Part shown: positions 1-17,606 of the stretch, in pieces
Layout: every line of letters begins with the position of its first letter
Numbering within the stretch: position 1 is the stretch's first letter
Source: the human T2T-CHM13v2.0 reference genome, Homo sapiens
NCBI RefSeq assembly: GCF_009914755.1
Contig: NC_060944.1
Length of the DNA stretch: 64,000 nt
Reading direction: 5' to 3' (one strand)
The notes under the pieces: model-generated
What the model was told of the DNA's origin: nothing
The model's database searches: none
What the model saw: the letters and a program-made list of their open reading frames with translations, nothing else
Made by a program: the position numbers and the translations under genes

Positions 1-24
1 GGGTCTCATCTGGATGTTGAAAGC

Positions 25-130
25 CCTCTTTCTCCTTTCTCATTTTTTTCTGTCATCCTCTCTCTCATTCATTCTTCCTTTCTCCAGCTTTCATTCTCTC
101 TCTTTCTTCCTGTCTCTTTCTGTCTTCCTA
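25..130. repeat. CT-rich low-complexity tract
   Basis: Almost pure C/T runs (tctctttctc...). Confidence 0.55.
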
Positions 131-839
131 ATTGCACTTACAAGATGACTCAGTCTCTAATGAGGGCCCTGAAGTCTCCTGAGAAGTAAGTATAACAGCC
201 GGAGTAATGAAGATTGTGTCCTTGATTATATCGGGTATCTGGAATCTTGACATTTGTATGCAGTTAAATTTATTTCCAGTTTACAGCCTGGGCTTATGGA
301 GGGGACTGGGGCTAAGAAAGCACAGCCTTGTTCAAATGCAAATGGCAGTCTTGAAGGACCCTGTAAGAATGCCATCCTCTAACCATTCTCCCTCCTGCGG
401 TTGAGGGTGCCACTGAGGATGGTGAGGAGCAAGGTGCTGTTTGAAGGAATTGCTCTGTTCCTGCCAGTTTCCTTCATAAATCCTGGGCTCAGCTCTGCCC
501 AGGCAGCACCAGATCTGGGTCTTATGCTGTTCCACGGTCTGCCTGGGGCTCAGTCCCTGGGTCGGGACTGGCATATGGGAACCAGGATGCTGGTCCCTCT
601 GTACCCATGGCCTCCTGTCCAGAAGGCCCTTGGGAGGGCAGCCTGGAGGGTCAGTCATTGGCGCCTCTCAGGCTTTCAGATCTGGCAATTTTTCAACAAA
701 GCCACCAAAGACCCAGTGTCCCCTTCCCAGTTGGTGGTGCCACCAAATGCCCGGTTCCTCAAGCCAGTGAGCAGACAGCATCCTCAGGCCCTCCCTCATC
801 TTCTAGCTGCCATGGAATCTATTAAATTGAAAATGCACC

Positions 840-1563
840 CCTGTCTGTCCACTCCTCTCCACACCCTGCTGCTGTCCCCAAGTCTGCACCTCTGTCCTCA
901 CCTGGGTCACTACAACAGCCCCCATGGGCCCTCCTGCTCCCACTCCTCTTCCCATGCCTGAAATCTACTCTCTGCGTGTATCCAGAGTGAGCTCCTGAAA
1001 ATGACCATGTGGCCCTGAGCGGATGTTTCAGCGGCTCACACTGCACTGGGAACAGCAGACTCCACCTCCTCATCACCTCCCACAAGGCCCAGCAGAGTCC
1101 TGCTGGTTCCCCAGATCACTTCCCACCACCTCCCCTCACTCCCCCATCCCAGCCGCACTGGCCTCTGGCTCCTCCTCCCACGCCCCAGTCCTCCTGCCCC
1201 AGGGCCTGTGCACCTGCTGCTCCTGCGTTCTGGAATGCTCTTCCCACAGCCGCCCTCTGACCTGCACCCTCTTGCCCTTTGTTCTTCACCCAGGTGTCAC
1301 CCACTCAGAGAACACCCCTGACCTTCCCAAGGAAGCCCTCTGCACTCCGACGCCATATACCCGTGATCTGCACAGGACTGTCACCATCTGGAATTGATTG
1401 CCTCTCTTCCCGTTTTGCTATTGTCATTTGCACCCACAGGAATGTCACCCACATGAGTGTGGAATTTCATCTGTCTGTTCGCTGCTGGATCCCTGCTCTA
1501 AGTAAGAAAAGGACCTGTGGCAGAGTGAGCTCTGGATGAGGATTTGCTGAGGAATTGAATGAG
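840..1563 (+). mobile_element. L2 LINE 3' portion (degraded)
   Basis: L2-typical 'cagggcctgtgcacctgctg...tggaatgctcttccc' and terminal 'ttgctgaggaattgaatga'; boundaries approximate. Confidence 0.6.
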
Positions 1564-1616
1564 GGAAAGACTCAGAGAATGGAATGCTGAGAATTCTACA
1601 ATAAATATTTGAATCC

Positions 1617-1725
1617 TAGAGTGTTGGAGTCAGGAGAAGCCCTCGGAAGCCATCTAGACAAACCCATTCATTTGCAAAGGGGTAAACTGAGGCTGAGGAG
1701 AAAAAAGTGACTTGCTCCACATCCC
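1617..1725 (-). mobile_element. MIR SINE fragment
   Basis: Reverse MIR core 'aggggtaaactgaggctgaggag...gtgacttgctc'. Confidence 0.55.
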
Positions 1726-2699
1726 AAGGCCTGAGGGTCTTCTCCCTGCTCTGATGGGAGAGGGACCCCCTTTGTGCTGTTGTGGGTATAATGGTGATGT
1801 GTGGCTGGAGGGTGAAGGGGCTTCTTCTGCCCTTTGACTCATTGCCTAGGAAAATAGGGACAAAAGGCGCAAATTTTTTCAAAATGCAAACAACTAAAGA
1901 CAACGTCATTCAGTAGAGACAAAGTGGGTGTTTGGGTTGACAGAGAAACAGAAAAGCTTCCCTGAGGTTGAGGAGGGAAGAGGGGGCTTGAAGGTGGGTG
2001 AGCCCCAAATGTGACCTTCAACTCCTGGGAAGCTGTAGGCAAGGACATAGCCAAGGCAAAACCATCAAGAATGTAATTCACCAACAGAAACATTCACTGA
2101 CCACCCTCGGGGCCTGAAGGTCTTTCCAAAGGTGAGTCAGAGTGGGTGCTTGGATGCTGATCTGGGGAAAAGGGGAAGCTGCCCTGAGCTGAAGAGTGTC
2201 CCTGCCAAATTCATGTCCACTGGAACCTCAGCGTGTGACTTAGCTGAAAACAGGGCCCTGCCATCTCATACTGTCCTCTTCGGTCACACTGGCTGGAGGC
2301 AAAGCCCTCTCCCCTGTTTCCGGAAATCTCCAACCCTGTGCACCTTTTATCAGTCTTCACTTGGGTGGATTTTTCTGTTCTCTAGAGCTCAACTCCAACC
2401 GCCCCTTTGCCAAAGGGCTTCCTTGAGAGCTGTTCTGGCAGCCGAGGCTCCTCCCTCTCCTGCTGGAGGTCCAGGGTCTGTGGGTGTACAGAGGGGCAGC
2501 CTGGCGAGGGCAGGGACTCTGGATCTTTTGTCCTCTGGTGTGTCCCCAGGACCTAGACCCGGCCTGACAGTAGGTGCTGCACTACTCCTGGTGAATTTAT
2601 TGTTAGAAATTGACAGGTCCTTGCTATTCATGTCTGTTTCCTCCAGCCTTGCTGCTGAGCACATGATGAACTTCAAACAATAGCGAAGTCAGGAGCCAG

Positions 2700-3220
2700 G
2701 CGCTGATGACCCCCAGGAGGAAGCTTGCAGAGGATGATGGGACAGAGGGGGATGGGCAGGAGTCTAAGCAGGCGCTCAGGGAGGCCGCTTTCGTCAAGGA
2801 TGCTGAAAGAATGGGGGTCTCATGGATTCTGGGAGAGATGGTCCAAGGCAGAGGGACAGCCAGTGTGGGCCTGGAAAGATGTGTGCCGCATGTCTGAGGG
2901 GCAGGGGCCAATGTGGCTGGAGGTAGATGGGAGAGGAGGACACTAGGGGCTGAGGTCAGAGGGGACACAACTGGATCTGTGCGAGACCTTGCATGCCACT
3001 GAAAGGGCGCTGGCTGTCACTGTCGTGACCAGAGCCTCTGGGCAGGTCTTCACAGAGGTCAGGCTGACTGCACTTGCGGATGGATTGAATAGCAGTAGTT
3101 AGAGGACAGCATGCATGGCTCAGGGAGGATTCCCAGGATTTGGGATGCACAGCTGGAAGAAGGGAGGAGCTCCTGAATGAGGAGTGGGAGGTCCGGGAAG
3201 GGCAGCCTTGGTGGGGAGAG
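2700..3220 (-). mobile_element. L2 LINE fragment
   Basis: Purine-rich antisense L2 motifs 'ccaaggcagagggacagccagtgtgggcctgg', 'ggccaatgtggctggag'. Confidence 0.5.
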
Positions 3221-3984
3221 ACGCCGGGACCTGCAGAGAAACTCCCTGAAAAGAACAGGGCTGAGCCATCTTTACCCCAGGCTCAGGACCTTCCTTCGCT
3301 GTAACTGCCAGGACAATCCACTGTGCTGTCACTCAGAGAGCGAAACCAGCCTGACTTTGCACCTGTGTCTCCAAGGGATAAAGGTCAATGTCACAGCAGA
3401 CTCCACTCTGATGCTGTCTTCAAGCCAAAACCTTAATATTCAATGAGAAATCTGCATTGATGAAATTTTCATTAAACAAACTTTATCCCTCTCACTCCTC
3501 TTGTTATTCGTGGCTTTAAGTATCAGGCTAATTTAGGCTTGATGCCCCAGTGATCTGCAGATTGGAGCATTATTAAACATTTAGATGAGCAATGATGAGC
3601 CTGAGCCTCCCTCTCCTCTCTCAGCTGGAGCACAGGGGGCTCTGCTAATGATCACAATGGATTTGGGGCAGACACAGCAATTAGAGAATTATCTATAGTT
3701 TGAGCAAGATTTGACCCCTCTGTCTTCAAGGGAAATTAGCTGCTTGACTTACAGAGCACACAATTTAATTGATAAAATGTATGAAAAGAAAATTCCAGCC
3801 TTAGAGCCAGTTTTACAACTAACAAGCTGTGCAAATGCCTGAGCAGACCCCTCTTTCTTTCTGTACCTCCTCTTGCCCCATCCGTAGAGTAAGGAGGGCT
3901 AGACCAGGGCAGAGGCTTCCACATGTGGGCTGTGGGCTGAAATCAGCCTGGAGAGGGGCTCTGTCTGGCAAACTGTTTCATTTG

Positions 3985-4230
3985 TTTGTTTAGTGAACAC
4001 TTTCCTAGCACTCATGATTTTGGGTTCTGTGTGTTTCATGTATGTTAACTTGTCTCATTCTCCCAATACCCCTTGAGATAGGCACTCTTATTATTCCCAT
4101 TTTAGAGATGGGAAAACTCTGACCAAGAGGGGTTCAATGCCTTACTGTGGGTCATCTGCTGGGCAGGAGTAAGGCAGGGTTTGGACCCAGATGGTCTGGT
4201 TCCACAGCCTATGCTATAAACTTCTGTGCC
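3985..4230 (-). mobile_element. MIR SINE
   Basis: 'ttattattcccattttagagatgggaaaact...ggtttggacccagatggtctggttcca'. Confidence 0.75.
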
Positions 4231-4236
4231 AAACTG

Positions 4237-4240
<4 letters not shown>

Positions 4241-4268
<28 letters not shown>
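4241..4268. repeat. (TTA)n microsatellite
   Basis: About 9 perfect TTA units. Confidence 0.9.
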
Positions 4269-4599
4269 GGAGGCATAATGTTTAAAATGAAATTGTCAGA
4301 AATTTAAGTGTGTGTGTGTTCTTGACATCAAACAGCTTATATGTTACAATAACGGAGCTCTCCCAATACTCAGTCCGCCTTCCTATCTTGCCACAGGCAG
4401 CTATTACCAACGTGCCCTTAGGGTGGAACATTCTCCTCCTGGTCTACCTCAGTCCCTCCAGTCCCAGAGTCTCCCCATCACCACGGCCAAATATAGCTCA
4501 TCTTTGATAACTGAATTTACCCTCTTGATCATGCTTGGATTGCTTCATTGTTTGACTTACCTGCTTGGTGCTGGTAGGCATTTAGGAGTTGTTTGAAGG

Positions 4600-6930
<2,331 letters not shown>

Positions 6931-6994
6931 ATTTTTAATCCGTAGAGATAAATGGGTCTGTTTCTCATCTACTCCAAAATATTTCCAAGGTAGA

Positions 6995-7110
6995 TGTGTG
7001 TATGAATCCCCTGAGGAGCTTTTAAAAATGTTTAATTCTCTGAGCCCAATTTCAGTAGTTTAGGGGTGGGATTTGAGAATCTGCATTTTTAATAAGACTC
7101 AGACCATTCC
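6995..7110. mobile_element. MER5-family hAT MITE fragment
   Basis: 'gaatcccctgaggagcttttaaaaat...ggggtgggatttgagaatctgcatttttaataag'. Confidence 0.6.
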
Positions 7111-8034
7111 TGGAGAAACAGTGACCTCGCCTGTGGAATGGGAGGGATAGGGATGAGGGGTAAACTGTTCACAGACCGCTTTAGTTGTTGTGGAGCTTGG
7201 AGCTTAGCAAGGGGCTGGTACAAAAACACAAATCAACGCAATGCAATAAATTGTGAAAGAATTGTCTTCTAGGAGGGACCTCTGTTCTCCTGCAAATGGC
7301 AGATGAGAGGAGTCACAGGTTTTCTCTCCTCTTAATTATTCAGATCTTGGCACCTGAGGAGCAGACCAGCTGGGGTTAGGAATCCAAAGCAGGGCAGGAT
7401 CCGTCCACACACTCGTGTGTTTATTTATTTATGCAGCTCCAGCAAAGAAAATTAAAAACAGGGCTGGCCCCTGGCTGGGAGATGGAGCCTGACACTGCAT
7501 ATGCGTCTGTGAGACTCAGTCTGGTCCCGGATGCCCGACTCCTCGAGGTCTGTCTGTGCACTGGGCCAAGGCCCTGCTGGCCACAGAACATAGGCGGTGA
7601 GGGCTGCATAGGGAGGGGCTGTGGTTTCAGAGGCTGACGCAGCTGGCTGGCCTTCTGCTCCTTGTCTCCCGGAGGCTCCCTGCCCTCAGCAATAGAAGGT
7701 AAGACAAGGATCACATCCCAAGGTGGGAGGGGGCTCGTGCCAGCCCTGAAGTTGGTTGGAAGGTCTTTTTGTAGCAGCCAGGAAGGGCTGGCTCTGCTTC
7801 TAGATCCACAAAGCTGCTTGGATGGGGGCCGTCTCAGGCGGAGGGCCACGAGGGCTGAGGAGTGCAGGTCTACTCTGCCTCGGGCTGCCCAGGCGACATG
7901 CCCAGGGGTCTGTGTTTCTCCTGGAGCCTGTCAGGTTTGGGAGCACCCAGTGTGGTGGCCCAAGGTCCGAGGTCCAATCTAGGGAGGCAGTGGTGTTGGT
8001 GAACCTGGCCATGCTAACTTTGCTTAACTCTACC

Positions 8035-8065
<31 letters not shown>

Positions 8066-8080
8066 AAGGAAAGAAAGAAA
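8035..8080. repeat. Poly(A)/A-rich tract not attached to an Alu or L1 3' end
   Basis: A18-G-A14 followed by GGAAAGAAAGAAA. Confidence 0.9.
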
Positions 8081-8129
8081 GGTGTGGTAGGATATGGGTG
8101 ACTTCTCTCTTTTGTCTTTTTCTGTTTTT

Positions 8130-8275
8130 AAGTTGATAGAATGTTTTTGTGTTTTGAACAGTTTAAATTAAGCAAAAAGTACAGAACGTTCCTATAAATC
8201 CCTTCAATACCCTGGTCCTTGCCACTTTCCTCTATATTACCATCTTACTAAACATTTGTTAGAATTGATGAGTCA
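8130..8275 (-). mobile_element. L1MB/MC 3' end fragment
   Basis: 'gaacagtttaaattaagcaaaaagtacagaacgttcc...catttgttagaattgatgag'. Confidence 0.45.
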
Positions 8276-8484
8276 GGGCAGGGAATTTAGGGGTGGATTA
8301 GTAACTGCTATGGAGAAAACTAGGGAAGTGGGAAAAGTTCAAAGTCATTATTCATTTTCGAGAAAACAAAAACGAAACAGAACAAGAAATGTGTAAAAGA
8401 AAGATGATTAAATTTTATACCTCATGACTCAGTTGTGGATGCTTTTACCCACGGTGGTGTAAACACTGAGCATTTCTCTTTCTC

Positions 8485-8789
8485 CAGCTTTCTGGAGGTA
8501 TAATTGACAAATAAAAATTATATATATTTAAAGTGTGCAAAGTAATGTTTTGATGCATGCATATGTTGTGAGATGAATACTACGATCAAAGTAATGAACA
8601 TATCTGTCACCTGATGTAGTTGCCTTTTTTTGTGTGGTAAGAATACTTAAGATCTATTCTCTTAGAAAATTTCACGTGTACAATATTGAGTATAAATATA
8701 CAGTACATTATTCTTAATGAGAGTCACCATGCTGTACATTAGGTCTCTGAAAATGTGTACCCTTTGGACTGTCTCCCCATTTTTAACGT
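8485..8789 (-). mobile_element. L1MA/MB 3' end
   Basis: 'ctttctggaggtataattgacaaataaaaatt...cttaagatctattctcttag...gtcaccatgctgtacattagg'. Confidence 0.75.
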
Positions 8790-9124
<335 letters not shown>

Positions 9125-9449
9125 TGATTTTTGCTTCATAGCCAGTAGACAGTAGGTAATAACTAGAAAAAAGAGCAAATAGCAACCTAAACATATTACT
9201 CAGAAATGAGGTGATACTCGTAGACATGCTAAAATTGCTGAAAATGGTTGTTCCTGGAGAGTAGTAGTGGGGGTTGGTGTGGGAAACTGCAGCTTTTCAT
9301 TATCAGCCATGTAATCCTATTACCCTGTATGACTTTGATAAAAATTTGAAAGAATATGTATTTTTGGTGTCGATTTCATATGTAAATAGATGCCTCTGAG
9401 CCAGAGTCAGCCCTCACACCTCTCTCTGTCCTTCCCACCCCCAACCTGG

Positions 9450-9790
9450 TAGCAAATCCTGTCGGTTTCACTGAGTTCACCTCTTAGCATGCCACCTCTC
9501 CCGCTGTGGCCCTAACTGCCATCATCTCCCGTTGGATTCTTGCGGGTGCCTCTTCCTGGGTCTCCTTGCTCCTCCTTGGCTGCAGACTGCCTTGCAGATG
9601 GTCTATTCCCCACAGAGCCCGGAGGGTCTGCCAACAGTGGAGTCATCTCTGCCACTCCTCAACTCACAGCAGCCTGTGGCTTGTCTCCTCCCATGGAGTA
9701 AAAGCCAATGATGTTACAAGAATCCACAAGGCCCTGGAGGGCCTCACCATTGCCCTCACATCTATCTGTCCTGCAGCACAATGCTGGTCC
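9450..9790 (+). mobile_element. L2 fragment
   Basis: 'agcaaatcctgtcgg...gccatcatctcc...gagtaaaagccaa'. Confidence 0.5.
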
Positions 9791-10067
9791 ATGCCCAAGA
9801 GAGACTGTGTTGCCTGGAACACAACAGGAGCTCAGCACAGCCGAGGCTCAGGGCAGAACACGCTTCTCCTCCGACAGAGCAGGTGTTAAGGAAGTGCCTG
9901 CTATTGCGGTCACTGTGAACATTATTATTCTAGAATATGAGCACATTGTGAGACTCTTGCTGACTTGTTTGGTGTTTTGTACTTTTTTTTTTTCTTTTTT
10001 TAAAAATTTTCATTTATTATTTTTGCTTTTTTATTAAAAAAATTTTTTTTTTTTTTGTAGAGATGGG

Positions 10068-10212
10068 TGGGTGTGGTGGCATGTGCCTGTAGCCCCAGCT
10101 ACTTGGGAGGCTGAGTTGGGAGGATCACTTGTGCCCAGTAAGTTGAGGCTGAAGTGAGCTAAGATCATGCCACTGTATACTCCAGCCTGGGCAACAGAAC
10201 AAGACCCTGTCT

Positions 10213-10253
<41 letters not shown>
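10068..10253 (+). mobile_element. AluJ right monomer with A40 tail (inverted copy of the 8831-8973 Alu segment)
   Basis: Shares non-consensus 'ctgagttgggaggatc' and 'cttgtgcc' with the Alu at 8.8-9.0 kb. Confidence 0.85.
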
Positions 10254-10256
<3 letters not shown>

Positions 10257-10560
10257 TGGGCGCGGTGGCTCACACCTATAATCCCAGCACTTTGGGAGGC
10301 CGAGGTGGGCAGATCACCTGAGTTCGGGAGTTTGAGACCAGCCTGACCAACATGGAGAAACCTCGTCTCTACTAAAAATACAAAATTAGCCGGGTGTGGT
10401 GGCACATGCCTGTAATCCCAGCTACTCAGGAGGCTGAGACAGGAGAATAGCTCGAACCTGGGAGTCAGAGGTTGCGGTGAGCCGAGATTGCACCACGGCA
10501 CTCCAGCCTGGGCAACAAGAGCGAAACTCCATCTCAAAAAATAAAATTTAAAAAGAAAAT
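10254..10560 (+). mobile_element. AluSp
   Basis: Diagnostic 'cgggagtt', 'ctgaccaacatggagaaacc', 'gttgcggtgagcc', 'gcaacaagagcgaaactcc'. Confidence 0.92.
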
Positions 10561-10566
10561 AGAAGT

Positions 10567-10647
10567 ACATTAAAAATGGGGAGACAGTCAAAGGTACACA
10601 TTTCCAGAGACCTAACGTACAGCATGGCCACTCTCATTAAGAATAAT
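10567..10647 (+). mobile_element. L1MA/MB fragment (inverted copy of 8707-8789)
   Basis: Near-identical to the reverse complement of 8707-8789. Confidence 0.85.
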
Positions 10648-11349
10648 AGATCTCCCTATATTGTCCAGGCTGGTCTCAAACTTCTGGGCTTGGATGATCC
10701 TCCCCCCTCAACCTCCCAAAGTGCTGGGATTAAAGGTGCTAGCTGCTGTGCCCGGCCTATACTGTTTCGAGTGGCAGCTTTATACACACGAAGCAGGCTA
10801 CTCCAACTGCTGGTTTCTCATGTATGAGGGAAACACGAAATGATGGAGATTCACTCCTCTTCGTCACCCTAGAGGGTGGAACTGATACCTTTAAAGGCTG
10901 TCTCCAAGGAACTGGGCTGGATGGAACTGCCACGAGGGTCACAGGGGCTCAACAAAAAAGCCCTTCTGCAGCCATGCTCAGCTTGGGGCCTGGAGAGCTG
11001 CTCTAAGGTGCCAGAGCTTGGTTGGCAGGGGGCAGAGACTGGGTCCCACTTGTGTTAGAGGGCTGGCCCCCTGGGGTCAAAGGGGTGCTCCCAATATGCT
11101 GGCTGGGAGCGCATTCTTAGCTGGTTCTCAGGCTTCAGTCATGGAGACTGAAGGACCAAGGTGGAAAGTCAAGGAGAACGTTCCAGCTTCCAGGCTGCAT
11201 GTCCACCTGTCCACGCTGCTTATCGTCTCTCTTCTTCTTTCTTTATTAGGAAATGTTTTGTATTAAGTAGAGCCCACTTAGAGCATCACAATTATTTTAT
11301 ATATTTTTCAAATCTTAATTTTATTTTTAAACTCACAATGAATACAAAA

Positions 11350-12090
<741 letters not shown>

Positions 12091-12137
12091 TTTTAACGAC
12101 ATCCTTTGTTATGCAAAAGTTTTAAAGTTTAATGTAG

Positions 12138-12700
12138 TCAACTGCAAGAGAAAGACACCCTTAACTGATTTAAGCAAAAGTAAAATGTATTGATTTATAC
12201 AACTGAAAAACTCAGGAGTGAGACTTAGGTGGATTTAAGGGATTAAATAAGCCACCAGGATTGTTTATTTCAGCTCCATTCTCCTCCATGACAGAGTCAT
12301 TCTTGGGCTCTGCAGGAGGTAAGATGGCTTCTAGTAGCTCCAGAACCATTTATGTTTTAAGTCCACTTAAAATGATTTGAGCAGAATAATAGAACCTCAG
12401 TCTAAAAAGTGGCTTAGTTCCCCCTTTCCCCATCCCACCCCACACATAACGAGAAGCCTGAAGGTAAGTAGCTCAGAGAATGACTCAGTAACTCAAAACC
12501 TAAGGCTCTAGGGAGATTTCTTTGTAATTCCGTGATTTATTTTGGTATAGCCCCAAAATGGCTGCCACTTGCTGTGTTCACACAACAGTGTCCAATGAAG
12601 GTAGGAAAGCAAGCCTTTTGTCAGGCACATCTCTCTTTTATCAGACACGTCAAATCCCCCCCAGAACCCTCCACCTCCCCACCCTACACCCCAACAGACA
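12138..12700 (-). mobile_element. Ancient MaLR/ERVL LTR fragments (MLT1-like)
   Basis: 'caactgcaagagaaagacacccttaactgatttaagc...aagatggcttctagtagctccag' and a second similar start near 12380. Confidence 0.4.
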
Positions 12701-14884
12701 CTCCCTCAGAGTCCACTGGCTGGACTGATTCATGTGATTCTGCCTTCCCTGCAAAGGAGGATGGGAAAGCAAGGAACGGGCACTCTCAGCCTCTGGATTG
12801 GGGAACTAAGGGGTGGGGAGCTGTTGGGTGGACATCCAGCAGAGCCTGACCCAGGGAGCATCTCTCCCAGTCACTCCTGCTCCAGAGCCAGGGCTCACTC
12901 TGCTTGGATTAATTCCTGCCACATGCTCATCCTGAATCACTTCCAGGTCAGAGGGATTTACCAGCTAATTGGCCAGACCTGGTCACGTTTTCTATCCTTA
13001 GATCCAAACCTGGAGCTCATCTTGAACCTGGTGATGGGCAACAGGAGAGTGACTGCTTGGTTACCAGGGTCTGGTTACCAGAAGATGGGGCAATGAATGC
13101 CAGAAACTCAAATTATGAAATTTGCACTAGCAAAGCCACATGCACTTGGAATAATCATTATTGGTGTTCTTGTCAATTTCAGAGCATGAGTTTCTGGCTA
13201 ATGCTGACTTTTAGTAACTTCCTCTCCATCACTATTATCCTCTCAGCAGTGAATGGTGAAAAGGACTTTTTAATGAGCTCTTTTCCTTTTCCTCTGCACT
13301 TCCCTTGTTCTCACCTTCCCCTACCCAGGCAATCTGCCTCTCTGGAAATCAGTGTCTTTTAGGTGAGAATTCAGGGACCCTCAGTTTAGACCAGTGTCAC
13401 TGTGGGCCAAGTTCAGTGCCCAGTAAAGCCACAGGTATCTTTCAAAGTCTCACTTCTAGCCTTTACCTCTTTAGATACTCTGTAGAGGTAGATGTCATTG
13501 TGAAGCATAATGACATCTCTCCATCTTCTACGGGCATTCTACTTCACCATCCTAAATGCAAGCCTTCCAATCTGACTTTTCTCTCCCCACGTACCCATTA
13601 GCAGCTTATAAAGAATCAGAACCACGCCAAGCCTTGAAATCAGTGTGTTCCAGCATGGGCTCAGCTATAAAAACAATTTGAGTGCTCACAGCTTTAAAAT
13701 GACTTGGCAGCCTGTCTATAAAATGTCCTGTAGCCTGAAAGCGGGTGAGAACATGCCTGCATACATTAGTGATCCATTGATTGTTTCTGGAGCTAGGTAA
13801 CCTTTGTATACGAAAATGAGAGAACAGCTGAGGCCTGATCAATCAAACCAGCCATTAAGAATCTTGCCTAGTCCATAGGCCTGCTCCATCTCAGGGTTCC
13901 CAGGGAGAAAAATAAAAAGAAAACAAGTTTTAGCCATAAATGCGGGGAATAGGAGACAGGTCTGGACAAAGGTTGGGAAGGTTGAAGATTTCATTCCACT
14001 GGCAGTTTGTGACTTTCCCTAACCCACTCCTGGGCTAAATACAGGGGAGCAAAATGCAAAATGACATTGGGGTTCTGAGACCACGGCATACCCTGTAAGA
14101 TGATTGTCCTGCCATTTCCTGCAGCTGCCTATCTACAGGCAATAGAGGGTGCACATGTATGATCAGGGCAAATAAATACAGGGAAGGGGGCAGGGGAAGA
14201 GGACTCCAAATTTGTCTCTTCTCAGCAAGAGGTTCTCTGTGAGTTCTTTTGGGCCAAGAAACAAAATTCACCATCCCCAGCCTAACCACAAACTATGACT
14301 GTGCCTAATTCAATAAAAATATCAGATGGGGAGAATGGATGTCAATTACCTGGAGCTTCATATTAAACAGGGAGTGATGGATTATTAAGTAGTATTCTGT
14401 ATTTAACCTCAGATATTTCAGAAATTTTGAATACAATTTTCTTTAGCAGGAAGTTCATTTTAATTCTTAAAAAAGAACATACACTTTTAGAGGATATATC
14501 CTTCGTTTAAAAGTCTAATTTGGGAAACACTCATATATAGCCAAGAGATTTGGAGGGATGTTCATTGAACATAGTTTGTTTTACAAAAATTTGGAAGATG
14601 TATTAGTTTCTTATTCTTTCTGTAACAAATCATTATAAACTTCATGTCTTAAAACAACACCCGTTTATTCTCTTACAGTTCTGGAGTCTGAAATGGGTTG
14701 ACAAGGCTGCTCTTGGGGAGAATCCATTTCCTTGCCTTTTCTAGCTTCCAAGGACCACCTGCATTCCTTAGCTCATGGCCCTATCCTCCATCTTCAAAGG
14801 CAGCAATGGAGCATCTTCCAATCTCTCTCTCTCTCTCTATTTCTGTTGCCACATCACTAGTTTCTGACTCTGTCCCCTCTTCCT

Positions 14885-14886
<2 letters not shown>

Positions 14887-14915
<29 letters not shown>

Positions 14916-15197
14916 GAGGCAGAGTCTCACTCTGTTGCTCAGGCTGGAGTGCAGTGACGCTAGCTTGGCTCACTGCAGCCTCCATCTCCCCAGTTCAAGA
15001 GATTCTTATGCCTCAGCCTCCTGAGTAGCTGGGATTACAGGTGCATGCCACCATGCCCAGCTAATTTTTGTATTTTTAGTAGAGATGGGATTTTGCCATG
15101 TTGGCCAAGTTGGTCTTGAACTCCTGGCCTGAACTGATTTGCCTGCCTCGGCCTCCCCAAAGTGCTGATGTTACAGGAGTGAGACACTGTGCTCGTT
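14887..15197 (-). mobile_element. AluS
   Basis: T29 tail, full dimer, TCTTCCTC on both flanks. Confidence 0.95.
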
Positions 15198-15240
15198 CTT
15201 CCTCTAAAAAACAACAACAACGACAACAAACAAACAAAAA

Positions 15241-16322
<1,082 letters not shown>

Positions 16323-16561
16323 TCCCCCGTCTTATAAGGATCCCTGAGATTACATTAGGCCCTTGTGGACAATCCAGGTTAATCTTTCCATCTTAATATT
16401 CTTAATTGTATCTGCAAAGTCCCTTTGGTCATGTAAGATAACATTCACAGATTCTGTGGATTAGGATGTGAACAGCTTTGGGGGCACAATTATTCAGTCC
16501 ACCCCAAAATAATTTACAGCAGTCAGAACAGCCTAGCTTATGCCACAGTAATAAGCACCAT

Positions 16562-17227
<666 letters not shown>

Positions 17228-17606
17228 CTGATGTTGTTTTTCACTCATGCTGCATGTGCCTCAGGTAGGTGGGGCTTCTGCTCTACGTCATGCCCACTCA
17301 GGGATCCTGTAGAGGGTGACTTTCTCTTCATGCTCCTGTGACAGCCCAGGCAGGACAAAGGGCACCTGGAAGATCAGGGACTGCCTCTTAAGCTTCTGCC
17401 TGGAAGTGACACATAGGACTTGTGCTTTCACTTCATTGCTCAATATTAAGTCCCAAGATCATGACTACCTTCAGTGCAGGGCAGAGAAGGGCAGTTGCAC
17501 TGCCACCTGCCCAGAGGGCAGAGAATCGGAACTAGTTCACAAACGTCCTCATGACCACTCACAGCCTAAGTGTCCATCCTTAGGGGAAAGGTGATATGAA
17601 CTAGGG

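Larger units (their letters stand above)
9982..10757 (-). mobile_element. FLAM/Alu left monomer split in two (9982-10067 and 10651-10757)
   Basis: T tail plus 'gtagagatggg' resumes as 'tctccctatattgtccaggctggtctcaaac...gtgcccggcc' after an inserted block. Confidence 0.75.

Noticed and set aside
401-961. 186-aa ORF, and similar ORFs at 2132-2683, 7421-7849, 46963-47460 and 61600-62169
   Set aside because: Mostly non-ATG starts, no recognisable domain, many overlap L2/LTR remnants, and no exon chain links them
4555-4563. Isolated strong splice donors (minus 4555-4563; plus near 4670, 12464 and 24239)
   Set aside because: Expected by chance in 64 kb; no convincing paired acceptors identified
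7430-8080. Plus-strand processed pseudogene ending in the A tract
   Set aside because: No AATAAA before the tract, no TSD found and no recognisable parent ORF
10034-10591. 185-aa ORF and many other 'LECSG..AHCNL' ORFs
   Set aside because: Translations of Alu sequence
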